Shown here: positions 1-8,583 of the stretch, in pieces
Layout: each line of letters begins with the position of its first letter
Position numbering within the stretch: position 1 is the first letter of the stretch
Assembly (NCBI GenBank): GCA_965372635.1
Contig: CBDVDA010000002.1
Location: 1 to 50,134 of the forward strand
Direction of reading: 5' to 3'
Length of the DNA stretch: 50,134 nt
Source: an uncultured bacterium
GTDB taxonomy: Bacteria; Desulfobacterota; JADFVX01
The notes under the pieces: model-generated
What the model was told of the DNA's origin: nothing
What the model saw: only the letters and a program-made list of their open reading frames with translations
Database searches by the model: none
Translations under genes and position numbers: made by a program

Positions 1-527
1 TCGTAATGCTTGCGGGCCAGCCTCTTTCTCAACTCCGGCTGGCCGATGAGAACCAGCGAAAAAAGGTTCTGGTCGTCGAGCTGGCAGTTCGTCAGCAGAC
101 GTATCTCGTCAAAGGTCCCTTTCCCAGGAATGAGTTGCGCTTCGTCAATGACGATGACGGGACAGATATTATTCTCGAAGTTCCTGAAGAGCAGATCGCT
201 TATCTCGTCCACGAGATCGGCCTTGAAGTAGCTCGGCCTCTCCACGCCGAGCCGTTTTGCCAGGAGCTTTAGAAACTGGGTCGGGCTGAGGCGCGGGTTG
301 ACAATCAAGACCGGTTTGAACTGCTCGTCGAGAGAATCGATGAGAGCCCGAGACAACGTCGTCTTTCCCGTCCCGATGTCGCCGGTTATCAAAACAAGCT
401 CCCTCTCCTCCACGCCGTACTGCATCCTCGCCAGCGCCTCGCTATGTTCCTTACTCATATAAAGGAAACGGGGGTCGGGCGTTTTCCTGAAAGGGCGTTC
501 CTCCAAACCGTAAAATTCTTCGTACAC
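1..527 (-). CDS. ExeA/GspA-like AAA+ (AAA_22-type) ATPase, N-terminal part only; the gene runs off the left window edge
   Basis: Absent from the ORF track because it has no in-window stop. Minus-strand translation from GTG at 527 gives VYEEFYGLEERPFRKTPDPRFLYMSKEHSEALARMQYGVEERELVLITGDIGTGKTTLSRAL...PVIVIDEAQLIP...LVLIGQPELRKRLARKHY. The FYGL..PF..PDPRFLY N-terminal motif, Walker A GDIGTGKTT and Walker B VIVIDEAQ fit the ExeA/MshM family. The start lies 6 nt after the cheA stop, with GGAG 11 nt upstream. Confidence 0.7.
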   Translation of the reverse strand, partial: MYEEFYGLEERPFRKTPDPRFLYMSKEHSEALARMQYGVEERELVLITGDIGTGKTTLSRALIDSLDEQFKPVLIVNPRLSPTQFLKLLAKRLGVERPSYFKADLVDEISDLLFRNFENNICPVIVIDEAQLIPGKGTFDEIRLLTNCQLDDQNLFSLVLIGQPELRKRLARKHY

Positions 528-533
528 GCTTAT

Positions 534-2549
534 TTACACTCCTGTCATTTCTTCGACGAGCGACGCCACATCGAGCACCAGCACCGTTTTATTATTGCCG
601 AGATCGGTGGCGCCCGCAACCCCCCTCACCCCGCTGAAGATATCCCCGATCGGCTTGATAACGATGTCCTGCTCGCCGATGAGCCTGTCGACAACGATGC
701 CGAACCGGATCTGAGCGATGGCCACAACGACGACATAAAGTTCTTCGCCCGACTCTTCCTTTTTTTCCAGGTCAAAAATCTCTTCCAGCCTCACCAGGGG
801 AAGGGTTGCATTCCTGTTCTGGATGACCTCTTTTTTCTCCACCGTCTCGATGTCGCCCCTGTTGACGAGCAGGCTTTCCTGGATGGAATTGAGCGGTATG
901 GCATAGGTTTTCGAGGCCGTCTCTACGATGAGCGCCTGGATAATGGCGAGAGTAATGGGGAGGGTGATCTTGTTTTTCGTCCCTTTCCCCTTTTCACTCT
1001 CGATATCGATATGGCCGCTGAGGCGAGTGAGGTTGTTTTTCACCACATCCATCCCCACGCCGCGTCCTGAGATTTCACTGATTTCGCTGCTCGTGCTGAA
1101 GCCCGGCATAAATACAAGGTCGATGATCTCGTCGTCGGAAAGCGTCTTTCCCTTGGCGATAAGCCCTTTTTGTGCCGCCTTTCGGAGTATTTTTTCCTTG
1201 TCGATCCCGGCGCCGTCATCTTCGATCTCCATGAGGACGTTGTTCCCCTGCTGGTAGGCATTCAAACGGATGATCCCTTTTTCCGGTTTCCCCGCCTCCT
1301 TCCTCAACTCCGGCGGCTCGATGCCATGATCGATGGCATTGCGGATGATGTGCATGAGGGGATCGCCTATTTCCTCAACGATGAGCTTGTCCAATTTCGT
1401 TTCCGCCCCACTGATGACAAGTTCCACCTTTTTATGGTGGCTCCGTGCGATTTTCCTCACCGTCATGGCGAGCCTGTCGAAAAGGCTGCTCAAGGAAACC
1501 ATCCTGATTTCCATCATCCCGCCCTGGAGTTCGGCAAGTTTTCTGCCGAGTTCCCTGTTCACCCGGTAAAGGGCCTTGGCCGTTCCCTGCTGGCCCGGCT
1601 GGGCCTTTACCTCTTCGGTAATCTGAGAAATGCTGCTCTTGGAAATGAGAAGCTCACCAACGAGGTTCATCAAAAAATCCATCTTGGAGATATCGACCCT
1701 GACCGTCCGGCTGATCCCTTTTACTGAAATCGATTCGGCAAGAGCCTCGTCCTTCTTTTCGTCCTCCTTTTCAGCCGCTTCCTTGTCGCTGCCGTCGCCG
1801 GAAACGAGAGTAAAGGTGACCCCACCTTTTTCGACCTTCTCTTTAACATACTCCGTACTTTTTTCCGTACTGACGAGAATGTTGAACTCAATCCCCCCCG
1901 CCTCGCCTCCGCCCGTACTCGGCAGCGTAGAGATCACCTCGCCGAAATCCTTTATTACCGCGTTGATCTCTCCGAGCCCCTGGTCGAAATCTTCGATACT
2001 GAAGGCCGCATGGATGAGGTAAATGTTCTTACCTGTCTTTATCCCTTCCAGCAGGCGATGCTCTTCGTATTCCGTGAGGACGGAAAGAATAGCGGGATCG
2101 ATGTTCATGGAATCGACGGGAGAGTTCCGCTGGAGCTCTTTTTCTTTGTTCAGCGCCCGGTCGAGGCTGGCAAGGAGGCCGTCGATCTTCCCTTCTTTTT
2201 TAAGTTCAGCTTCCTTTCCCCTGACGATATCGGTAATAATTTCAATGCTCTCGAAGAGAGCGTCCAGTATGCTGTCTGAGAGGGTAACCTTGCCGAGCCT
2301 GAGCGAATCGAGAAGGTTTTCCATGTTGTGGCTCACGTCGGTGAGGCTATCGAGGCCGAACATGCCGGCCAGCCCTTTTAGCGTATGGGCGGAGCGGAAA
2401 ATGCTGTTCAGGGTGTCCGGGTGGGCCTTTTCCTTTTCAGAACCGAGGGTCAGAAGTTCCGAATTGAGCTTGGCTATAATCTCTTCGGCCTCTGACTTGA
2501 ATTCTTCGAGGGCCTTGTCGTCTGCCCCGCCACTGTCGTTGTTTCCCAT
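534..2549 (-). CDS. cheA: Chemotaxis histidine kinase CheA (module 1)
   Basis: 671-aa ORF. HPt motif FRSAHTLKGLAGMFG, N-box LMHIIRNAIDHGIE, G1 DDGAGID, G2 SGRGVGMDVV and a C-terminal CheW-like domain. It starts 3 nt after the cheY stop. Confidence 0.95.
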   Translation of the reverse strand: MGNNDSGGADDKALEEFKSEAEEIIAKLNSELLTLGSEKEKAHPDTLNSIFRSAHTLKGLAGMFGLDSLTDVSHNMENLLDSLRLGKVTLSDSILDALFESIEIITDIVRGKEAELKKEGKIDGLLASLDRALNKEKELQRNSPVDSMNIDPAILSVLTEYEEHRLLEGIKTGKNIYLIHAAFSIEDFDQGLGEINAVIKDFGEVISTLPSTGGGEAGGIEFNILVSTEKSTEYVKEKVEKGGVTFTLVSGDGSDKEAAEKEDEKKDEALAESISVKGISRTVRVDISKMDFLMNLVGELLISKSSISQITEEVKAQPGQQGTAKALYRVNRELGRKLAELQGGMMEIRMVSLSSLFDRLAMTVRKIARSHHKKVELVISGAETKLDKLIVEEIGDPLMHIIRNAIDHGIEPPELRKEAGKPEKGIIRLNAYQQGNNVLMEIEDDGAGIDKEKILRKAAQKGLIAKGKTLSDDEIIDLVFMPGFSTSSEISEISGRGVGMDVVKNNLTRLSGHIDIESEKGKGTKNKITLPITLAIIQALIVETASKTYAIPLNSIQESLLVNRGDIETVEKKEVIQNRNATLPLVRLEEIFDLEKKEESGEELYVVVVAIAQIRFGIVVDRLIGEQDIVIKPIGDIFSGVRGVAGATDLGNNKTVLVLDVASLVEEMTGV

Positions 2550-2552
2550 CGA

Positions 2553-2924
2553 TTAAGCTTCCAGATATTTTTTTATCAGTTCCTGAACCTCTTCGGGTTT
2601 GAAGGGTTTTATCACGTATTCGTCCGCACCGAGATCCATCCCCCGTTTCCTGTCCCTTTCGCTCCCCTCCGTCGAAATAATAATGAGAGGGATGTTTTTA
2701 TATTCGGGGTTTGTTTTTACGAATTTGACCAGTTCCAGTCCGTTGATATCGGGCATGTTGATATCCGTCAGGATAAGGTCAAACTTCTCATGGGGAAGGA
2801 TTTTCAGCGCCTCGAACCCACTCGACGTCTCCCTAACGTCGATGTTGTCGAGCGCCTCCAGAGTGGAGACGATGAGCGACCGCATGGTGGGAGAATCTTC
2901 GACAACCAGAACTTTTTTTTCCAT
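2553..2924 (-). CDS. cheY: Single-domain CheY-like response regulator
   Basis: 123 aa. VLVVEDS, DLILTDINMPDINGLE and a conserved K in VIKPF. It lies directly upstream of cheA. Confidence 0.9.
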   Translation of the reverse strand: MEKKVLVVEDSPTMRSLIVSTLEALDNIDVRETSSGFEALKILPHEKFDLILTDINMPDINGLELVKFVKTNPEYKNIPLIIISTEGSERDRKRGMDLGADEYVIKPFKPEEVQELIKKYLEA

Positions 2925-2950
2925 TACAAATCCCTCATCATTTATAATTG

Positions 2951-4822
2951 TTAATTGGCAGCCATCTCGCTGACCCGCCTTTCGAGAAGAGCCCTTTCCA
3001 TGGCGACACCAGCCTGCATGAGGAAGATGTCGAGAGCCGACACATCGCCGATTTCCTTGTCTTCCGGCAGGTTATCGCAATAGACGATGACAGCCACCCT
3101 GTTGTTGGCAATAATGGGTGCCGCAAAGCACTCGAAGGGGCGCTGCCCGCCGAGCCGCTCAACGAGGTAGTTGTTCCCTTCGTTATCTTCCATCTTCTTC
3201 GTCACGCTCCGCTGCGAATCGAGGACGTCTTTCAAAATGCAAGGGACGTCCTTTGAAATCTTCGTGGCCCTCACCCGTTTGTCGGCCAACTCCCCTTCGA
3301 TCTCTATGCCGAACTGGCCGAGTCCCTCCACACCGTCGTTCTTGACGAGAAAGATGACTGCCCTGTTCATTAGCTCACTTGCAAATCGCAAGATGAGCAG
3401 GGTGATCTGCCGCCCCCCTTCAGGACCGTTCAATTCCTCGATCATTGATTTCAACATCGATATGCCGGGGCTGGAGACGGGCTGCGGCGCTGAGCTTTCC
3501 TCGGGCAGAATGTCCCCAACCGCCGCCACTTCATCGTGAAGGTCTGCCGCCAGGTCCACGAGGCCACCGGAATCTGCCGGTGCCGCCATTGACACGGACG
3601 CCTCTACCGGAATTTCCACTGACGATTCCGCCTCTGCCGGTGCCGCTACTGACACATTCTCGGACGCTTCGCCCTCAAAAAGAGGGGTAAGGATGCCGAC
3701 AATATTCTCTACAAAGGCGCCGATGGCGTCTTCATCAAAATCACTGCCGAACTGGGCCTTTTTAGGCTTATCTATATAGTCCGCAGCACCCAGTTCCGTT
3801 GAACGGCTTTCGGCCTCACGGTTTACATGGTCGGTCATAAGGACAACGGGGACTTCCGGGAAGCCCCCCCTGAGAATTTCCAGCATCTCGATCCCCCCGA
3901 GCATCCCCGTTCCATCCATCCTCGGCATAATCAGGTCGGCAACGACGACAACCGTTGCGCCCGATGATTTGACTTCGCTTATGCAGTGAAGCGCCGCTTC
4001 CGATTTCACCTTCGGAACGACGTGGAAGTCATGACCGGCAAGTTTTTCAACCATCACCTTGAGAACGTTCGGATCGTCATCGACAAGCAAAAGGGCACGC
4101 TTCACCCCTTCGAGAGACACCGTTTCCGTTGCTGAAGGAGGCGGCTCTGCATTTTGCTCTTCAACGGTTTCTTCGTGGAGCGCCTTTATTTCCTCGCCCG
4201 TCGCCTCCTCATCTACCGGCTCGGAGGGGAGGTCCGCAAAGGGGTCCTGCTGTTGGGGTTCCGCTGGCGCCGGAGCGGTTTCCTCTACCTCCCCGACCGC
4301 CTCTTCTGTGGGCTGGTCGCGCCGCAGTTCATCCTGGAGCCGCGTCCCCTCCATGGCAAGGAACTGGGGGTTCAATCCGTGAGCGTAGACGAAAAAATCG
4401 GCCTTATCGAGATAGTCATCCACATTCTTCAGTTCGAAGTTGAAATTTCCAGACGCCCACCCGAAGAGGGAATAGGCGGATTTCTCGATCTGGCCCTTTT
4501 TAGCTTCATCGAAAGAATCGGGAGGAAGACCGAATTTTTCGCACAGTATGGCGTCGAGTCCTTCTGCCCCGCCCTTTTCCTTAAAAATGCCGAGTCCTTC
4601 CTGCAACTGTTCGGCAGATACGACGCCGCTTCCGGCAACGATATATTCGAGGTCCTCGCCCACGTCGGTAGAAAAAGAGCGGACAACCTGCCCGTCCCGG
4701 AAAATAATCTTTCCCTCTCTTTCACCATTCGTGATGAAGAGGATTCCCGACTTCCTGCTGAGACTGACAATCTGGAGAATGTCCCCCAACCCCAGGTCTT
4801 CCAAATTTCCGACTAAACTCAT
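2951..4822 (-). CDS. PATAN(DUF4388)-REC-GAF-like multidomain signalling protein
   Basis: 623 aa. The N-terminus GNLEDLGLGDILQIVSLSRKSGILFITNGEREGKIIFRDGQVV matches the PATAN/DUF4388 pattern. The central receiver is LLLVDDDPNVL...VVADLIMPRMDG...DKPKK. The C-terminal ~150 aa looks GAF-like by eye. Acidic, Pro/Ala-rich linkers separate the domains. Confidence 0.7.
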   Translation of the reverse strand: MSLVGNLEDLGLGDILQIVSLSRKSGILFITNGEREGKIIFRDGQVVRSFSTDVGEDLEYIVAGSGVVSAEQLQEGLGIFKEKGGAEGLDAILCEKFGLPPDSFDEAKKGQIEKSAYSLFGWASGNFNFELKNVDDYLDKADFFVYAHGLNPQFLAMEGTRLQDELRRDQPTEEAVGEVEETAPAPAEPQQQDPFADLPSEPVDEEATGEEIKALHEETVEEQNAEPPPSATETVSLEGVKRALLLVDDDPNVLKVMVEKLAGHDFHVVPKVKSEAALHCISEVKSSGATVVVVADLIMPRMDGTGMLGGIEMLEILRGGFPEVPVVLMTDHVNREAESRSTELGAADYIDKPKKAQFGSDFDEDAIGAFVENIVGILTPLFEGEASENVSVAAPAEAESSVEIPVEASVSMAAPADSGGLVDLAADLHDEVAAVGDILPEESSAPQPVSSPGISMLKSMIEELNGPEGGRQITLLILRFASELMNRAVIFLVKNDGVEGLGQFGIEIEGELADKRVRATKISKDVPCILKDVLDSQRSVTKKMEDNEGNNYLVERLGGQRPFECFAAPIIANNRVAVIVYCDNLPEDKEIGDVSALDIFLMQAGVAMERALLERRVSEMAAN

Positions 4823-4880
4823 TTCAACTCCAAATCATTCTTTGTACCGATAGCGTGGGGACGACGCCCCATGATAAAAA

Positions 4881-5690
4881 TCAGCCAATAGCCTCGTTCA
4901 TGCTTCCCGTTCTATATCCTTCCATATCGAGGGAGACGTACTTAAATCCCTGTTCCTTAAAGCCGGAGACGACCACCTTCCTCACCTCCTCGGACAAGAG
5001 ACGATCAAAATCGTCTTCACCCACCTCAATCCTTGCCACATCATCATGATAGCGAACCCGAAACTGGCTGAAGGAAAAGCGCCGCAAAATGTTTTCACAG
5101 GAGTCTACCCGTTTCACCCTGTCGAGAGTGATGTCCGTCCCGTAGGGGAACCTCGATGAAAGACAGGCAAAAGCGGGCTTATTCCACGTGGGGAGTCCGA
5201 GGTCCCTGCTGAGTTGCCTGATCTCTTCCTTGTTCATTCCCGCCTCGACGAGGGGGCTCCTGACCCCCGTCTCCTCCGAGGCCTTCCTGCCGGGTCTGAA
5301 ATCATTCAGGTCGTCACAGTTCGTCCCGTCGGCTACGAAAGAGAGGCCCAACTCTTTCGCCTTACCGATCAGGAGGCCAAAAAGCTCGCTTTTACAGAAA
5401 TAGCACCGTTCCGTACTGTTTTCGGAAAACCCGGGGATCTCAAGTTCATTCGATTCCATGATAATATGCCTGCACCCGAAAGAGGCTGCAAGTTCCTTCG
5501 CCTCCAGGAATTCATGCTCCGGGTAGGTGGGCGACGTTGCCGTAACACCGACTGCGTTGTCGCCAAGAATATCGACGCAAACTTTTAAAAGAAAGGTAGA
5601 GTCCACCCCGCCCGAAAAGGCAACGGCAACGGAACCCATGCCGTGAACGATCTCTTCGAGATCTTTTAGTTTTTCTTTCGCTTCAGTCAT
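4881..5690 (-). CDS. larE: LarE-like PP-loop ATP-dependent sulfur transferase
   Basis: 269 aa. PP-loop AFSGGVDSTFLLKV, plus cysteines in ERCYFCKSE and PAFACLSSRFPYG as in the LarE/TIGR00268-type family. Confidence 0.7.
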   Translation of the reverse strand: MTEAKEKLKDLEEIVHGMGSVAVAFSGGVDSTFLLKVCVDILGDNAVGVTATSPTYPEHEFLEAKELAASFGCRHIIMESNELEIPGFSENSTERCYFCKSELFGLLIGKAKELGLSFVADGTNCDDLNDFRPGRKASEETGVRSPLVEAGMNKEEIRQLSRDLGLPTWNKPAFACLSSRFPYGTDITLDRVKRVDSCENILRRFSFSQFRVRYHDDVARIEVGEDDFDRLLSEEVRKVVVSGFKEQGFKYVSLDMEGYRTGSMNEAIG

Positions 5691-5696
5691 AGAGGT

Positions 5697-6704
5697 TCAC
5701 CGGACCCACATGGTTTCGATCTCCGTCTCCGACAGGGTAGTCCTTGCCATGAAAGAACCCTCTTCGTCGGTCGATGCGTAGATTACTTCCCGGTCGGCAG
5801 ATTCATCGGTTTTACTGAAGTTCAGGATAAGACTTCCCGCGCCCTCCAGGACTTCTTTTCCTGCTTTTCCCTCCACATAGGCGGTGGGCCCACTGAAGTT
5901 ATTCGGCGTAAGGAGCAGGCCTTTCTGCCCGAGAACGGCGATCCGCCTGTTTTCATCTTCATTCCGGCCGAGTACGACCTTCGTTCCATCTTTGAGTCGA
6001 AAGTGGCGTCCCATGGTGAGCATCTTGACTTCGGTCCAACTCTGTTTTTCCTTATAGTTAAAGTCATCCTTCAGGCGGGCGCTGAAATGCTTATCCGTCA
6101 GCAGGCATCCCCCCGAAGCACAGGGGTAATCCTCTATCCGGTAATCGTCGGCCACCTTTATCTGCTCTTTTCTCGAACGCCCCTCGATAGCGAGAAGCTT
6201 CTCCCTGTCCAGGATGCCCTCTTTCTCCGGGATCGTCGGGGGGAGGCGTTTGGCCGACAGGGGACGGACGATAAGCCCTTCCAGCCCGCTCTCTCTCTCG
6301 ATGAGGAACATGGGGTCCTTTCTCTGCGACATGGGGCGCTGCCCGAGCACTTCACCGGTCACGATGAAGGAAGCGCCCACTTCTTCCATATAGCGCTTTG
6401 CACTTTTAAAAGTGTAAATCCTGCAATCGACACAGGGGTTTATGGCGCTCCCGTAGCCATGGCGGGGGGCCCGGATTACGTCCATGTAGTCGAGCCCCTT
6501 ATGAATGACCTTCACCTCTATACCGAGTTGCTCAGCCGCATTTTTCGCATGCGATTTGCACCCCTCGGTTGCCTTGCCGTCACAGAGGCAAAAAGGGCTT
6601 TTGAAGTTGAGCGCCGTCACTTCTATCCCTTGTTCTATCATCAGCCTGACGGCGAGCGTGCTGTCCAACCCTCCCGACATCAGTGCAATTGCTTTTTTCT
6701 TCAT
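5697..6704 (-). CDS. PP-loop ATPase, ThiI/TtuA/MnmA-like putative tRNA thiolation enzyme; family not resolved
   Basis: 335 aa. N-terminal PP-loop LMSGGLDST. Conserved cysteines in NPCVDCR and ASGGCLLTD. Lies 6 nt upstream of larE on the same strand. Confidence 0.55.
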   Translation of the reverse strand: MKKKAIALMSGGLDSTLAVRLMIEQGIEVTALNFKSPFCLCDGKATEGCKSHAKNAAEQLGIEVKVIHKGLDYMDVIRAPRHGYGSAINPCVDCRIYTFKSAKRYMEEVGASFIVTGEVLGQRPMSQRKDPMFLIERESGLEGLIVRPLSAKRLPPTIPEKEGILDREKLLAIEGRSRKEQIKVADDYRIEDYPCASGGCLLTDKHFSARLKDDFNYKEKQSWTEVKMLTMGRHFRLKDGTKVVLGRNEDENRRIAVLGQKGLLLTPNNFSGPTAYVEGKAGKEVLEGAGSLILNFSKTDESADREVIYASTDEEGSFMARTTLSETEIETMWVR

Positions 6705-6839
6705 CGCTCCTTACGCCTGCAATCCATGGAAAGCAGACCCCGGTTTAATCATAAACGCATATAATATTTGATTTTTACAGTGGTGTCAAAAGATTTATGG
6801 CCGCCAAAGGCCCATAGGCGGCAAAAAAAGAAGTCGCGT

Positions 6840-6910
6840 AGGATGGGTGAAAACCCATCAAAATGCCTTTTGCTGATTACTGATGGGCTTCACGACCTTC
6901 CACCCATCCT
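6840..6910. repeat. Nested imperfect hairpin, REP-like intergenic element
   Basis: The outer arms aggatgggtg (6840-6849) and cacccatcct (6901-6910) are perfect complements. The inner arms aaacccatca (6851-6860) and tgatgggctt (6881-6890) match at 9 of 10 positions. Confidence 0.5.
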
Positions 6911-6949
6911 GCTCTAATTCTTGAACCTTCGTGACCTTTGTGGATTAAT

Positions 6950-7002
6950 CTTTGATGTTTCAGCCCGACCTCACGCCGAAACAGTACCTGTGTATGTTTA
7001 AT
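6950..7002. repeat. Copy A of a ~53-nt intergenic repeat; copy B is at 12188-12240
   Basis: Hand alignment of ctttgatgtttcagcccgacctcacgccgaaacagtacctgtgtatgtttaat against ctttgatgtttcggcgtgtcctcacgccggaaacaggacctgcgtattttttat gives about 45 of 54 matches. Confidence 0.6.
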
Positions 7003-7068
7003 ATTCCCCACTTAAGATTAAGAGGGAGCGCCGAAGGCGGGGGCCTTTGATCTTTAGGCAGTCCCTGC

Positions 7069-7162
7069 TTACTCAACAAGAGCCACAAGGTGGCCCGCCA
7101 CCCCGTCGAGAGGAAGGACGGCATCGGCAAACCCGGCGTCTATCACGGCACGAGGCATGCCG
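7069..7162 (-). pseudogene. cheB: Orphan 3'-terminal fragment of a cheB gene (last 30 codons plus stop)
   Basis: The minus-strand translation is GMPRAVIDAGFADAVLPLDGVAGHLVALVE*. The intact CheB C-terminus is GMPRAVIDAGLADAVLPLDGVAGHLVALVE*. In a hand alignment, 84 of 94 nt are identical to 13860-13953. No upstream cheB-like reading frame is present. Confidence 0.8.
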
Positions 7163-7306
7163 GAATTGATAATGGAATAATCCGGGGAATGTCCCTTAAT
7201 TTCCCATATTTATTCTTGTGGCACAAAGTCAATGGATGGTTGTATAGTGCATATGGTAACAATCAAGGCTATGAATCCGTTACGTGTTACTCGTTATAAC
7301 ATCAAC

Positions 7307-8569
7307 CTAGTCTATACCTTGTAGTCCCCCATAATATTTAATCTCTCTGTTCAATTCATGCAACACTAAAAGATTTTTTTTCTCATAAAGCTTCATCTTT
7401 TGCCTCTCTGCAGAAAAGTACTCTCTCAATGTCAAACCAGCATGCGAACCTGCCACGGCAAAGGTGCACAGATTTCTGATCGATGAGATTGATTTTTCAT
7501 TTGAACCATACAGAATATTCAAGATGATCGAGCCAAATTTCGGAGTATAATGAAAGCTGTCCAAATAGTATTGCATTACTATGCCTGTTTTAATGTCATG
7601 GCGAGGTAAACTTTCAGTTGTAAGTTCATTAACAGTGGCAAAATCCCATACAGGAAATGTTTCTTTTGAAAATTTAATAGCTTCTTCTTTAACTATTGCA
7701 GCCAGTGTTTCCTTCCAGTTCTCATATGTGCTCCATAAATCATACGCCTTAATTGTTTCCAACAATATGATGTGTTGCGGTGAAATGAACAGCTTCAAAT
7801 TTATGTTATTTTCATAGGAAAATGATATTAGTTCACGATAAACATCAAATATTGATTCGTCCTTATCCACAAAACCAAAAACCCTTTCTTGCCCTCCTGC
7901 AAGCTGATTTATGTAAGTACGTGTCGCTGAATAGTACATAACACTCCTTTGTCCATCCAAACGTTCTATGCCTTCTTCCATAGAAAACAGATATCTTTTA
8001 CCTGTTTGAATGTCATATTCCAGTCTTTCAACGTTTCTTTGTCTCAGGATTGTTGAAAAGCTGTCGTTAATGGCATCGACAGAAAATAGAGTTTCCAGTT
8101 TTTCTTTAATTATGTTTTGCTTATTGTAGCCAAAACCTTTCTCCATGAAATCACGGTTAGCTCTATAAATGTTAAAACTAAAGAAGTCCAGGCCAATAAC
8201 TACTTCTTTTAATGGTGCGACCGAATGAACATATTTTAAAAGAGCCAACGTTTCACGCAGGCTGTTGCCTCCTATCGCATAATTATAGCGAGGCGCTGTT
8301 TCTTTTGGCCAAGCCGGGTCATTCATGTCAATGCCGTAATCTGCCGGAGATGCACCCAATACTATGGTCTTTGGTTTTATCTTATAGACCTGATGCGCTT
8401 TTACCATATGAATTCGGCGATAGGCTTCCGTTTTTATTCCATTAAGGCCCTTCACTGTAACTAGTCCATAGATACTGTAAGGATCTACAATGGCAATGAA
8501 AGCGGCAGGGACAAGCATTGCTGCCAAAGTTAAAACGAAAGACTTTATGAGCCAGCGTTTATATTCCAT
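7307..8569 (-). CDS. Membrane-anchored hypothetical protein, possible SGNH/DltD-like partner of the MBOAT acyltransferase
   Basis: 420 aa with one N-terminal TM helix (FVLTLAAMLVPAAFIAIV). A block-I-like VLGASPADYG and a block-V-like DSFH motif are visible. It lies 14 nt downstream of the MBOAT gene. The function is inferred from position and motifs only. Confidence 0.45.
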   Translation of the reverse strand: MEYKRWLIKSFVLTLAAMLVPAAFIAIVDPYSIYGLVTVKGLNGIKTEAYRRIHMVKAHQVYKIKPKTIVLGASPADYGIDMNDPAWPKETAPRYNYAIGGNSLRETLALLKYVHSVAPLKEVVIGLDFFSFNIYRANRDFMEKGFGYNKQNIIKEKLETLFSVDAINDSFSTILRQRNVERLEYDIQTGKRYLFSMEEGIERLDGQRSVMYYSATRTYINQLAGGQERVFGFVDKDESIFDVYRELISFSYENNINLKLFISPQHIILLETIKAYDLWSTYENWKETLAAIVKEEAIKFSKETFPVWDFATVNELTTESLPRHDIKTGIVMQYYLDSFHYTPKFGSIILNILYGSNEKSISSIRNLCTFAVAGSHAGLTLREYFSAERQKMKLYEKKNLLVLHELNREIKYYGGLQGID

Positions 8570-8583
8570 TTAAATTAACAGCC

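Noticed and set aside
6801-6829. Hairpin gccgcc...ggcggc followed by an A-run, considered as a terminator
   Set aside because: An A-run after the stem on the plus strand means the U-run precedes the stem on the minus strand. The geometry therefore fits an intrinsic terminator in neither orientation.
7090-7299. 69-aa ORF whose N-terminus (MARHPVERKDGIGKPGV) resembles that of ORF 13881-14381 (MARYPVERKNGIGKSGV), suggesting a small paralogous gene family
   Set aside because: The similarity is simply the antisense reading of the duplicated cheB 3' end. Beyond the repeat the two ORFs are unrelated. I treat them as non-coding.
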